A DNA stretch of 64,000 nucleotides from Bugula neritina (taxonomy: Eukaryota; Animalia; Bryozoa): assembly GCA_964035545.1 (NCBI GenBank), contig OZ037771.1:7163190-7227189 (forward strand), written 5' to 3'. The first letter of the stretch is position 1, and each line of letters opens with the position of its first letter. Of the stretch, positions 13,301-25,842 are shown in pieces. The translations under genes and the position numbers were made by a program. Below the pieces are notes generated by a model. That model had not been told where the DNA came from. It ran no database searches and saw only the letters and a program-made list of their open reading frames with translations.

Positions 13301-14684
13301 TTTGGTATTTTTGATTTTCATTTTAATGGTTAGTGTATAATATTCTCATGTACTATTATTTCTTTTTAGTGTTGAAGGAAAGTTGCCCGATCCATCTTTC
13401 ACCAGGAAAACTAAGAGCTCCGATATTTGAATTATAGCATAGAAGAGGTTAGCACAAAGGTTTTCTACACCAGTTCAGGTAAACTGGCTACATGATAATG
13501 GTGCAAGGTTTTAAACTTATTATCATTCCATTTTGATTGCTTTGCATTATGGGAATGGATGCTCATACATATGGACTTGTGCTTGTGGTTTGCATTTACT
13601 TATGGTTGGGGTCTCATCTTTCCAAACATTTAATGAAAAATCAATTTGGAAATGCAATGCTTGGAAACTTAGTGTATAACATCAATCATATTTAGTGAAA
13701 ATACTTAGTTTTTTCACATCTGCTCCAATTTAACAATATGCTGCTGTGATAGACTTTTTAGTACAGGTCTGAAATCACCTATATAACCCCATTGAAAATG
13801 TAAATTAGCATTTGGAAATGAATTATTCTTTTAATAATGTGTCACAAGCAGCCAATTATATACATTATTTTCGCTTTTTGTAAGCGTTTTATTAGGTGTT
13901 GCATTTTTGGTGTTTTAGGATTTGAGATTGACTTCAAAACTCCAATTTGCAACATTTTAGGAATGTCATGTCTAAATATTTATTTGTTAGGTTTACCAGG
14001 AACGTACCAGATCATTTCTAGGGGTTATTTAGTGCAATTCTGCATTTAGATCATGTAAACATCCACTCAAGTTAGTGCATTGACAAATTCACAATAGTGG
14101 TAAAAACCAGGTTCATATTACGTTGTCATTATGCTGCAGCAAGTAACCTCTGATGTAAATTTATGTTTACAACCTATCAATATGCTCTGACCTACAGTCT
14201 TTATTGCCATTCAAGGTGTTCCTCACTGCTGGTCAACCCCATTAACCCCCAACTTACTGCCTACATAGAAGACTGTCTACTCTCCCTTCATTGTACATAG
14301 CTCATACAATAATTTGGATATTTGCTTTTGCAGATTCATTACATAAAATACCAGCCATTGTGCTAAAAAGTAAAGTTTTGTTGTAGTCTCATCTACTAGT
14401 ACTCATAGTTCTACCACAAGTGTTATGTTTTTTATGAAATTTTTGTTTTGAGGTTTTTCAGTTTCACTAATTACTGCTTTAATGGTCATTGTCAATCGAT
14501 TTCTGGTATAGAAACAAGTTGTTTCAGAAAAGCTGTACATATAAATTCTTAATTCCCCATGTTATTTTTATTATTGTAGATATCTTGGTCTGTCTCCCAG
14601 TTTGCTCCTGGCTGCTACTTCATAAGTGGTGAAGAAATCAGCTGATATGTAGATGCATTAGTGGAGAAATTGAGATAGACTAAG
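10390..14684 (+). pseudogene. Decayed, intron-containing KDZ (Kyakuja-Dileera-Zisupton)-type DNA transposase with a CxC-type Cys cluster
   Basis: GT-AG bounded exon remnants at ~10390-10533, 10628-10705, 10809-10898, 11172-11327, 11478-11579, 11845-12073, 12370-12490, 13370-13587 and 14580-14684. Peptides: STCQLCNN..LKVISIINGRTETV/YCELCSW..KLRLWPLTPQGKLFVTFSYLLHISTLQHHSPTLSMKRLFSSLKFLAVLDGR (CxC3-like); DCQKNHETRGEKMLYKF; ELRYLNYSIEEV; WLHDNGARF; GMDAHTYG; SQFAPGCYFISGEEI. These follow the KDZ motif order DGNxKL, GE..Y, YD, HAxxH, PGxGxxxGExxE. In-frame stops at 10405 and 10516 plus frameshifts. Family recognised from memory, not by search. Confidence 0.62.
12218..12332 (-). mobile_element. 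tRNA-derived SINE family 1, 5' part, inside an intron of the KDZ remnant
   Basis: Minus strand GGAGCAGCTGTGGCCTAGGGGTTAGAAATCTGGTTTAGTAAGCCAGTAGTCATGGGTTCACTGCCC: A-box TGGCCTAGGGG, B-box-like GGTTCACTGCC. Confidence 0.75.
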
Positions 14685-14921
14685 GTCTTAAATTTTCCTA
14701 ATTATAGCAATAACATAACTTTTCTTGCTAAGTTTATAACCTGTATAATACAGGTTTTTCTCAATTTTCATATCACTTCACTTGCCTCAGGAAATGATAC
14801 TAACTTTGAACCTAAGCATTCTAAGTGCTTGAACCTTACACAGCAAATAATTATTATACAAATTATTCTCAGTCACTGAATAAAGGATTTGTGAGATTCA
14901 TGCTGATTGCCTTATTTAATA

Positions 14922-15060
14922 CTTCTCTATTGCTCTTATAAAAATTACAGCTTTCAATTGTTGAAATATTTACAGTTAATAATTAAAGGGGTGAGCCCAT
15001 CATCTGCTGTTTAGCCTCAGCATCACAACTCTATAGAAGCTGCTAATTCACTAAATACCA
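14922..15060 (+). repeat. Left arm of a ~140-bp inverted repeat (partner 19681-19823)
   Basis: CTTCTCTATTGCTCTTAT...TTAAAGGGGTGAGCCCATCATCTGCTGTTTAGCCTCAGCATCACAACTCTATAG...TTCACTAAATACCA is a near-exact reverse complement of 19681-19823. Confidence 0.9.
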
Positions 15061-17579
15061 GGTTATTCTAGTTTATGTTTACATAACTGGTATGACTACA
15101 TCTTAGTTTAACATGTGCAGCTTGAATTTTTTAAAGTCAAAAAGCTATAATAAAGTTCTAGCTAAGATTTTATAGTTCAAAGCATAATGAATATACTGAT
15201 ATTATAAACTGCTGGCTCAGCCACTTGCCCAGTTTACATGTTGGTGACCCACTGCAGCATGAACTCTGATGCTATAATGTGCTTTGACATTTTAGTTTAT
15301 AAAACATTGATTTGTGATGTACATTTTGATGTGCACTTGCAGAAATGGAGGAGCTGTTGATAAAGGTTGATCAATGCTTGGCCAGCCATAATATAATTGC
15401 TGTATGAAGATATACTAGTTCTCCAGTTATAGCATGTACATACTTACTAGCAATAAGTGAATTTCCAGACAACCTATTTAATGAAGCAACCGCAAATGAT
15501 AATAGCAGCAACAAGTGTTGGTAATAAAATCTGAATAGGAATTGCACATAGCTGTTAATTAGTTCACACAATGCTCTCACCACTTGAGTAACGCATCCAA
15601 GTAGCCCATGCCAGCAACTGCTAGTAGGTTTCAGAACATAAATTTGCTATAGTGAATGGCTTTGGAATGATGAAAGTCATGAATACTCCAAGTGCTATAG
15701 TGATCAGCTTACAATTATGAAAGTTTGCACTTAACATAATATCTAATTCCTATTTTAATTATGAAATTGACGAGATGAAAAACATGCCACAAAGCGAAAT
15801 TTCAATTTAAAAGCTTGTTTAATTGTCTTAGATGAATAGTTGAAGTCATCCTTAGCATGAACACTTATGCATGTAGATCATAACTTTAATACAAAAAGTG
15901 TGAATTGTAAAGCCCTAACATAATGTTTATTTATAATAATATTAAATTGGATCTGGCAAAAGTTGCTTGCAACTAATACCAAAATCATAACAATTAAGTA
16001 TCATGCAACATACTTATAATATAGTTAGGCAATGTAAATTATATTCCACTAACGACATGTTTATATTTATACGTACATATAGGATACTTTTTTCTATATA
16101 TTATTTACAGTTTAGAGCTGTATATAATTCCTAGTTCATAGTTATTATATGTGAGTGCGTTAAAAATGTATGTCTCAAGAGGTATCTGCTTCGAAAAGAG
16201 CATTGTTTGTTTTGTTGCAAAGCAAATGTATATATAAGTATATTTAAATGAGTTAAAGTGTATTTTGCTTTCTTGAATTGTAGTTACAATGACAGGATGT
16301 GCAGCATTTTGTTGTATTATAGGAAAAAAATACATTTATATATTTCAACTGCTTCATAACAGACAATTTTAAGCCAACATACCTTTTGTTAAATTATATT
16401 TATATACCCAATCACATTGGCTTTCTTGCTCCACTATATTGCAAGTTAGAAAACTTGAAATATTTGACTATAATAATGACTGACTATAATAAATAGAGAT
16501 TAATAAAATGGAGGACGTCAGAACTCAGAAATCATGTGCCATGTGTAACATATTAGTGTTTAGGACAATATAGAGAAACCTCAAATATATCTTTCATGCA
16601 TGGGCATAACAGCTAATTAACTGTTGTATAAAGCATATTATATAAACTACAGAGCAATGATCACTGGATTAGTAAGCTGGACAGCTGTAGCCACTTGTAC
16701 ATTATGAACTATAAAGACTATACTAAGCTAACATGTGAGCATCTTGCAGTGTATATTTGTATATATAGCTTGATCACAAGTGTTTATTAATTATAATCAT
16801 GATGTACACAAGTATATCACTCCTAACAACATTATATGTAGGTGTATGTACTCTACCTTACTGGTTTGCTGATAAACTCTGCTAAAAGTAAAATTTTACA
16901 CCCTCCATGTTCCACTGCTGTAGCACAGGAAGTTCATTTTATAAAGTCTAAAATTCAAACTTGACATTCCTTGATATGTTTTCTCTAATATACTTTCTTT
17001 GTTTTTCGAAATTCTGTTTATGCTCTTCACAATTTGGTCAAAACGTACACCATTTTTCAAGTTTCACTGCAATTATCTTAATTCTTTATATGGTGGTTCT
17101 AGCTACGCTCCTGTGACTAATTATAACGTTCCTAGTGCGTTTGCTGCTCTGCGCGCTATCACAATAACATATAGTACCCTCTCGCACAAATTGGCAATAA
17201 ATTGGATATCTGCCAATGTAATGTTCCCTATTTTACATTAGCACTTAGTTGCATCGTCTCACCATGTTACAATCTGTTGAAAATGCCTCAGCAAAACATA
17301 GTTCTTCGTTTGTTTGGCAGCATTAATTTCAGCTAAATCACCTCACTTCACTTTGCAGTCTTGTCAGTAAAGGTCTGTCTATAGTGCAGCAGGTACACTT
17401 TCAGTTTCTCTAATTCACAGATGATTATTTTAAGTACATTGTATTCCATAAAATCAATTTAAGGTTTAGCCCAATGTTCAGTATCTAATTAGTATGCATG
17501 TATGTTGTCCTATTGTTGAATAATAATATTTCAAAATAGCCATATTTATTATGCATAAGTTTAAATAAGTTGACAGAAA

Positions 17580-17656
17580 AAAATTGCCACGGAGTAGGGT
17601 TGAACCTGACCAACCAACACATCATTGGCGCCTTTAACCTCTGGACCACACAGCCA
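17580..17656 (-). mobile_element. tRNA-like SINE head (second family)
   Basis: GGCTGTGTGGTCCAGAGGTTAAAGGCGCC...CAGGTTCAACCCTACTCCGTGGCAATTTTTT: A-box, B-box and a T-run, but no clean cloverleaf. Confidence 0.5.
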
Positions 17657-19626
17657 TTATGAATTTTGGTATGCACTGTATTAGACAATATCATTACATA
17701 AATATTTAGAGCCTCAAAATATGGGTTATAATCATTAGGCTGTTAATTAATGTTGACTAGCAGTGGCTAGCTATTTTGATAACCTGTTGCAATAGCTTCA
17801 GGTTACTAGCAAAGCTAATGGTTTTGAACAAATAACCCAAAAATTGAAAAAATAAGTAGCTTGCATATTACTAGCTACAAAAACAGGACTGAAATAGACT
17901 GGTAAAGCATGCTCTTGCCTATTATTGTAGAGTTTGCAGATGTGCTCCAAAATAAAACTTAAACTGTATGTTATTACATAAGTATTTGTATGCAAAAGAG
18001 TGATGGACAATACTGAGTTTTTGGAAAACAGCATACTTGAAGTAAACTTTGACAATGGTGTGTTTTTTATTCATACACTAGCACAGTTATAGGGCCTATA
18101 GCATAACTCTCTAATCATATGAATGTTTATGAAGCCCACAGCTCCTGTAAGGGTGGCAATGTAATTTGAAACTAAAAATTATGTTGCTGCATTGTGTTTA
18201 AGGTATATTATGGAGCAAAATTTGGTGTTGGTAGCCTACCCCAATTGGCAATTGTAATAAGTACTGATAATAGCAAGGTTAGTATGACCACGTGCTGGCT
18301 CTCTGCAGTGTATATATAACTAACCTCTCGATAATTGCGCCAATTTTGAAGTCTTGGAAGTTGGCCAAGTTAACATATCACAGCCAGCCACAGGAGACAA
18401 AGCATTACAGCTAGCCATATATTATACTGATGCACTTGGTAGCAGAGTGGCTAATCTAATATAGTTCATAGTTCAACACCCTTTACTTTGGGAATACAGC
18501 CTCTTTTTTTAGGTTTACCTTACAAAGCATGAACATATCTAAACTGATATTCTGATAATTTAGAGGTACATTTTAAAAACCAGGTTAATTGCACTTGTTT
18601 GCGCAACAACCATAATAAAATATATATTATGCAATATAATAAAAAACACATGATACTATATTATAATATATTATAATGATAATAATATATTATAGGTACC
18701 ATTACTGCAACTCGGATAGTTGCCAAAAAAATGTATCACACCATTTCTGTAATTACATCAAAGATTATGATAAGAAAATAGAACTAGCTAGGCAGCAGGT
18801 TGGAATAGAGTAGATTCCTAAAACAAGAAATCATGATTTGACAATTGTTTTATTTAGGCCAACCAACCTAGGAATATAAGATATAGGGTTTTAGCAAAAA
18901 GTTTATAACATTTAGCTTTTGAGCCAGCTGCACTGGCACTTGTGAAGTGTAAGCAAAGTTGGTGAAGCGAAACTAACAAGCACTCAACTACAGTATATTA
19001 AGATACAATACAAGCCAGGAGCGTATAAATTAGAAAGAATGTGGAAGGAGGACTATGTTTTTCAACAAGCTATAACTTAAACATGGATTGGCTTTTGAAA
19101 AAAATTAAAAAAGTATATTGGAGAACATAAGTTTCTTTATCTTTTCATACTTATTTTTCCATTTATATATGCAGCGCGCTATAATATTTACCTCAGTTTT
19201 TCATGCTCTTTGCAGAAAACATGAAGAGTAATCTTTTAAAATGCTTTATCTGTTAACTTTGAAATTGCAGTAACCATCAATTAAGTCAAAAAATGCATCT
19301 ATAGCAGTTCAAGGAAAAAAGTTTTAAAAATAATAAATCATGCTTATATTGTATTAGATTATATATTATTATATTATATATATGTATATAGACGTGTGAT
19401 GCGCGTGTGTGTGTGCATATCTAGGACCTATAATAGTAATAATAATAAATATATAGAAAACACAAAGCCAAAATTGTCTTCTTTCGATGATATATTTTTA
19501 ATGATGTTGAGGAAGAAGTTGATAATGCAACTCCTAAAAGCATATGTTGCTCAATGTTTTTTTTAGTATCTGCCAATACCTGTATGTGGTTGCAAACATG
19601 TATTTTAAGTTAAATCTTTGCAAATG

Positions 19627-19823
19627 TTGTTTAGCCTCAGCATATTACAACTCTATTATAGGGGCAGCTAATTCACTAAATGGTATTTAGTGAATTAGCA
19701 GCCTTTATAGAGTTGTGATGCTGAGGCTAAACAACAGATGATGGGCTCACCCCTTTAATTATTAACTGTAAATATTTCAACAATTGAATAAGCTATAATT
19801 TTAAGATAAGAGCAGTAGAGAAG
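19627..19823 (-). repeat. Right arm of the ~140-bp inverted repeat, plus a local ~110-bp hairpin
   Basis: 19681-19823 is the reverse complement of 14922-15060. 19627-19680 (TTGTTTAGCCTCAGCAT...GCTAATTCACTAAA) is an adjacent forward copy that pairs with 19686-19735. Confidence 0.9.
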
Positions 19824-20918
19824 TATATATGCTTGCTCATGTTCATGTTCGGCATGCGTGTGGATGTCTGTGCAAGAAAACAACATGGCAATACTGAAAT
19901 CGACTGCAGTCGATTTCGATATGTGCCATGAATTAATGTGTTAGTTTATATGCATGGCGTATGGCATGGCGAAATAGTCACAAAGGTTTGTTATGCAAGT
20001 GCAGACTAATAAATATTATTCTATAGGATAAAAAAGTGTTATAAGTTATTTTATTGCAAATAAATGGTATGCGATAATAAATTGCATAGCATAGCAAAAA
20101 ATGGTGCACATGTATAGTTCCTACTAATCAAAAATATTAAATTATATTCATATATTTTAAATAGCATGCATGAATGCAAGATTTTAACTCAAATGTGACA
20201 CAAATTTTACTATAGTGTTGTATTTCAATGGGTTACAGATATTTACTAAAATATCAAAAATTATATAGGCCGACTCAATTTTCATCTGTGCTATTTGCTC
20301 ATTTTCTAAATTCTACGTAATAAATTTATATGTGCATCTATAGGTGTGAAATAGATAGGTTACCTGTGCCTGTATACAACTGTTAAAAGTATAGTAAAAC
20401 AAGAAAAAAATTAATTTTTACAAGCAAATAAATTACTATTGAAATTGAATTTTTTGGCATTATAAAGCTTTCCATATGCAATATTGTTCTACATTTATTC
20501 ATATACCAAAAATTATTTATACATAATGATATTATATATATTTCTTAAAAATTATATTTTCTTTCATCAGCTTGAAAATTGTTTTTTTATATAAAATAGT
20601 TTGAGATTAATTTATATTAATAAACCAAAAACATTTATAACATTTTAATTTTTTACAAGAGTGTATGAATTATGGTGGCATTCAGTCTGCAAAACTATTA
20701 TTTAATGAGAAGACAATTATGCTTCAATCATGCAGATAGATTCAAGGAGTTTTAAATTTATATGAATTGAAATAGAGTGAGAAGACAATTATGCTTCAAG
20801 TAAAACTATAAGACTAAGTTCTTATCCAATAGATACAGTGATATGAGCCTTTCTCTAGAACAAAGTCTAAAAGGAGTGGATCTATATCAAAAAGTCAAAC
20901 CTGCATCTGTTGAGGTTT

Positions 20919-20954
20919 TTTATTCAAAAGTAATAAATTTTTTTAATTTTTATT
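20919..20954 (-). terminator. Candidate AATAAA polyadenylation signals of gene A
   Basis: tttatt on the + strand at 20919-20924 and 20949-20954, ~340-370 nt downstream of the gene A stop. Such hexamers are common in AT-rich DNA. Confidence 0.35.
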
Positions 20955-21290
20955 TATAACTCATAGCTTTTGAAATATTTTGGAAGAAAATATTTTTTCA
21001 GAATACAGTTACTGCTAGGAATATCTGTATTAATATCACCCCTAATTCTATCCACCACTTGTTCTAATTGCTATAATCATCACCTAGCCAATGAAATTAA
21101 ACTGGCTGTAGCTACAGCCAATCAATTACTCAAAATGATTGCGCCTCGTTAGGCGAACATTGATGACCATTTCTATATAACTCAATACAAAGCCGGTTAC
21201 CACTGATTGACCCGAAGTTCTCTACGACTTCTATAGTGGTATAGGATAATAGATATACTGGAAATAACAACGTTCCTGTTTAGGTTGTGT

Positions 21291-24200
21291 TCACTTTGAA
21301 GACCTGGGATTTTTCTCTAAAGTCTTCTTCCTTGAATTCCAGACTTCAGCGCTAAAAAAGTTCAAAAGTTGAAACAGGCAGTTTTCTGTGATTGTATCAA
21401 AAATTCAATATCTTAAAACTTTGCTTTTGCAAATTTTGTCAAGAGAATACAACTGATGACCTCATAACTATTATTCAGATTCTAAAATAAACAATTCGAC
21501 TCTTAAACTTCAATATTTTATTTTGTTGAAAACTTATCTACTGAAAACCAACTGCCATTTATTTTACTTTAATTTCTAACTAATAATTAGTTTCAATTTG
21601 AAATTTTTGACCATTTCGCTGCGCAAGATTTCATATTTTTAGAAATGATGACATAAAATTTATTTAAGAAAAACTAAACCGCCATGTCTAAAAGTAAATC
21701 AATCTCATGTCAGAAAGAAGTAAATAAAAATTTGGCTCGAAGAAAAGCTGCTAGTTCACAAATTAGTTGAGTTGCATTTCGGTTTTTTGTTCAGAGCATT
21801 CAAGTTGTCTTAATTGTCCAAAAACATAAAATAGCATACTTTCTCTTAGTTCCCATACTAGTTTGTGTTCCAGCCAGCTCTTTGGTATCTGGTGGTATAT
21901 CTGCCACCATTTTGTTAATTCTACTGTCTTTAGATTTCTCACTCATGGAGTTGAGTGGAGACTCAGACTTAATGAGTGACGTGAATTTGACGGATTCTTG
22001 TTCATGCACAATGAGGTCATCTAGTAACCTTACATAGCTTCCTTCTGGTGAGCTAGAAAAGTTATATATAAGTTATATAACATTGTAGCTAAATTAAAAA
22101 ACTGTGTTACATGTAGCTCTTCTTTAAACTTGCAGTGACTATTAAATAATTTAAGTTTTTTTCAAACTATGCTAACTTCATTTGCACAAATTTTATTTAA
22201 TCTAACTGATTTAAAAAAAAACAGTTTTTCATATAATAAACTGTTATAGCAATTGGTTGCCTAAATTAGTAAATATATTTGCAATTATTATTACCAAATA
22301 TTTCAAAAATAAATATTTTTAAATATTTAAATAGCACGTTAAAAAGTTCTTTGTGGAAAAACTTGGAAAAAATTATAATTAGAATAGGTATAATAATATG
22401 TCGATAAGCCACTCTATTTGGTAAGTTATAGTAACTTTATATTATTGTGATCTTGTTCAACATATTATGATTACTTGCTATTGTGATAAACCATAATAAT
22501 AATAAAATTAAATTACAATACTCGTCACCCACTATTATAAATACTAGCATTGAAAATAATTATAATTATCTAAATTATATGCCGCACCTCTTTTGGCTTT
22601 CATACTTATTTTCCACATCTGGAGATTGTAAAGCCGAATAAAGTTTAACATCACTGGAGAGAATTTTTGATGAATTGACAGCAAGATAATTGTTATTTAG
22701 AGATTCAGGTTCTGTCACTTTGGCAATAGCTGGCTTTTGGGTGTTTGAGAGATTTTCACCAAATTCTGGTTCTGGTCTGTTTAGTTCAAAGCTACAATTT
22801 TTAGAACAAATGCATAACAACATATTTCAGTTTTAAAATTTTAAATACAAAACTATATTCAGCAGCTATCAGTTTCATACTTTTTGCTCCATTCTTTGCT
22901 AATTTTAGGTAATTGTGTCTTGGTTTCTAGTTGTTGACTTATTTGTGGCTGTGAACTTCTAGAAGTGAATGATTTGGTAAGATGAGCAGAAGCTTTGGGT
23001 GGTGGCGTACCTCCACTCTTGTTAGACAACTCCTTTTGGCTGGTGGACGTTGTTTTGTTTTCTTTTACTGGCCAGGACGCATCTAATAAACTGAAATGAC
23101 AAACTCAAACTTTAGTAAACTCCAAATATGGCTGCGTATGTGTGCATGGTGGAAATTTACTGAAGCAAGCTAATGTCAATAACCATCACAATGAGTTTGG
23201 TTTGACTTGGCTCATTTTTTTATTTTTGTTAAACAATAAATTTGATAACATACTGAAGTATTCTTGAATTTTTGCTCATGCTTTTTTTATTTTTTTTTAT
23301 TTTTTATCAAGTAACATAGAAAATTACATATCTGTTTGCAGTCAGTTATTCAAAAAGTAAGGCATTCCGAATCACAATTTATGATGAATTTGCGTATAAT
23401 GTGTGTGTGTCAGTGTGCATAATTATATTTATGTATGATACAAAAGTTTAAAGTTTTTAGTATAGAATTAGTAGGCGTTCAACTTACTTATTTTCTTTTT
23501 TTGTTGTGCTGCTTTCTACCTTTCCAACATCTGAGCTAGCCTTTGGTATATCTGTAGCTGCAGGTACTGTGAGTTTACCCAACATGTCTTTTAATAAAGA
23601 GTCATGTTTCGAACGTTTAACTTTAACTGAACTTCTCTTTCGATGTCTACAAATTAATTGACCAGTTTGATATATACTGCATATTTTGTTCAGAACAAAA
23701 CTTAGGTAAAACCGAACATTTTAGGTCAAAAAGTTGTTGTCTTTAAGTTTCATATTCGCAAGCATTCTTTATTATTGTAACATAAAAACTGCAACTGTTT
23801 TAATTTCATTTTATTGAAAGATTGCAATCAGAACTGTAGCTTAAAATGAAAGCCAAAACGTTATACTGTTTAAGCATTTTCTGCCTTTGTTCGTGCAAAA
23901 ACTTCTAATTGTACTTGCTATACACTTTCAAATTTAAAAACAAACAAACATAGTGAATAAGATATGGGTTTTTAGCCAAAAAGCAGTTTATCACTCTAAT
24001 TATCTATACATATATGTTGAGAAGAATTTGATTATGATTTGGCTCACTTATGCTTTTTTTCCACATTTGCTTCTGCCTGCTTTGAATGTTTTCTTGATCT
24101 TTTTCTTTTGGTAGGAGAATGAACACTGCTTGCACCTGACTTAGTTATGGACAGGGGGCCAGCTGTAGACGCTTTAGCTATGCTGTCTTTTTGCTGCTTG

Positions 24201-25842
24201 GGAACCATTGAGTCACTTTTACTACGTTTTGGCATATCTTTTTTGCTTGTTTTATCATTTATTCTAAATTGCAACATAAAACAAGCATGAAATTATCTAA
24301 AATAAATTAGGCACCACATTATAACACTAAAGATTATTATGCAATAATAAAAAAAAACCTGCTTAAAAAGCAGTTAAAAACTTGCGAAATAAGTGTGAAG
24401 ATGCACTTTCAAACACAAACAATGGTATGCAAGATAAAACATTTAATAAACATAATGCAAATTAAAAAAATTAGGAAGAAGCTTTATAGGGTTTGAGTGC
24501 TAATGAATTTGATCTCCGGTAGAGAAGGTTGGTGCATTCAATCATAATTCCTCCTATGCTAATGAGTTCTTAATTTGACTTATAAAATTATTTTCATTAG
24601 GGCTTCTTACAAGAATAGTAGGTATAAACTTGTATGTGTTTTCTATAATATTTTGTATAGGTGCTTTTTTTATATTTTCCATTTCAAAGTTGTGAAATTG
24701 CAATATAATATTTATATGCAATGTAGTTATACAACTAACTTTCTCTTTGTAAATCATCATTTTATATATAAAGTTGAAATTACCAAAACTAAAGTTATAG
24801 AACTTACTTCTCATAGGCTTGTGTGCTACTCTTGTTTTTTTTATCTTTCAATGAAACATATGCAGTGTTTGAACTCTTGAGACTTTGCTCTGGTACAGAC
24901 ATCAACTGCTGTTGTGCGGCTGCCAACTTGGCTTTTGGTACCGACACAGAACTAATATCCACGTCTCCTCCTGATGACTTGATTTCAACACTGTATTATA
25001 TCAGAAACATATGTGATATATTCAGACTTAAAACCTGTATGTGCTTTGCTCCAAATAAAAGTTTAAATACAAAGCAGCATAATAGTTAAACAATACAAAC
25101 AGGGCAGTATATAGATTAAAAGTTTATAATTTCATCTTAAAGCTGCCATATTTTGTCTGTTCAAGCTGTTCAAAAATGTTCAAATTATAGTATGTAAATA
25201 CCAAATAGATTTTATTATTAATGATACTGAAATCAAAGCTTTGCTTTCTCATACTGTTGTGAATTGATAAAACCTGATGGGCAATACATCGCACAGCACA
25301 GAAATATGGAAATAGTTGATTCTGAACCAAAGTGTTTTAAAATATAATTAAGTAACTTCCTTACTTGAATTAGGGTTTAAAGTGTACAAATCATTTTTTG
25401 CACAACATTATAGTTATTAAGATACGCAATTCCAGTTTTTCTGAAATTTTATCATAATTACTTTTCTCTAACCAATGCAGATACAGAACTTATTGTGTTA
25501 TCAAACAAGTTTTTATCTTAATAAAAAGAAACTAACAATAACTAAAGACACCTTTTGGTTTTTAAATTCACTGCATATTAGATAGTAACTCTGTAAACTA
25601 TTATAAATTCTTGTAAATACTTCATTTTTTCATCTGTATTTTCAAAGTTTTCTTTTTCCTCTAAATATTCCAACACGGCAGGCATGCTAGCTTTTATATC
25701 CTGCTTGTTTATTGAAAATCTAGTCGAGTATGCCAATGTAGACATGTTTCGCCCAAACGATGACAATGAAAGGGAAGTAATTTGCTGTCGAGCTTGTGAA
25801 ACAGTGTTTTCAGTCTGTTTTTCCAACTTCATAATTTCTATT
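21291..25842 (-). CDS. Gene A cytoplasmic tail exons (Ser/Lys/Thr-rich, probably disordered)
   Basis: Exons 25842-25621 (222 nt), 24990-24808 (183), 24263-24048 (216), 23646-23488 (159), 23090-22881 (210), 22791-22606 (186; alternative donor 22588), 22052-21840 (213) and 21351-21291 (last). All internal exons are phase 2-2, end AA|gt and carry no stops. Confidence 0.82.

Noticed and set aside
17580-17656. Functional tRNA gene (also the A/B-box-like patch at ~57985-58030)
   Set aside because: A/B boxes are present but there is no complete cloverleaf; treated as SINE heads.
21291-25842. Receptor tyrosine phosphatase or kinase, suggested by FN3 repeats plus TM
   Set aside because: The tail has no HCSAG or kinase motifs; it is low-complexity and ends in a stop at 21291.
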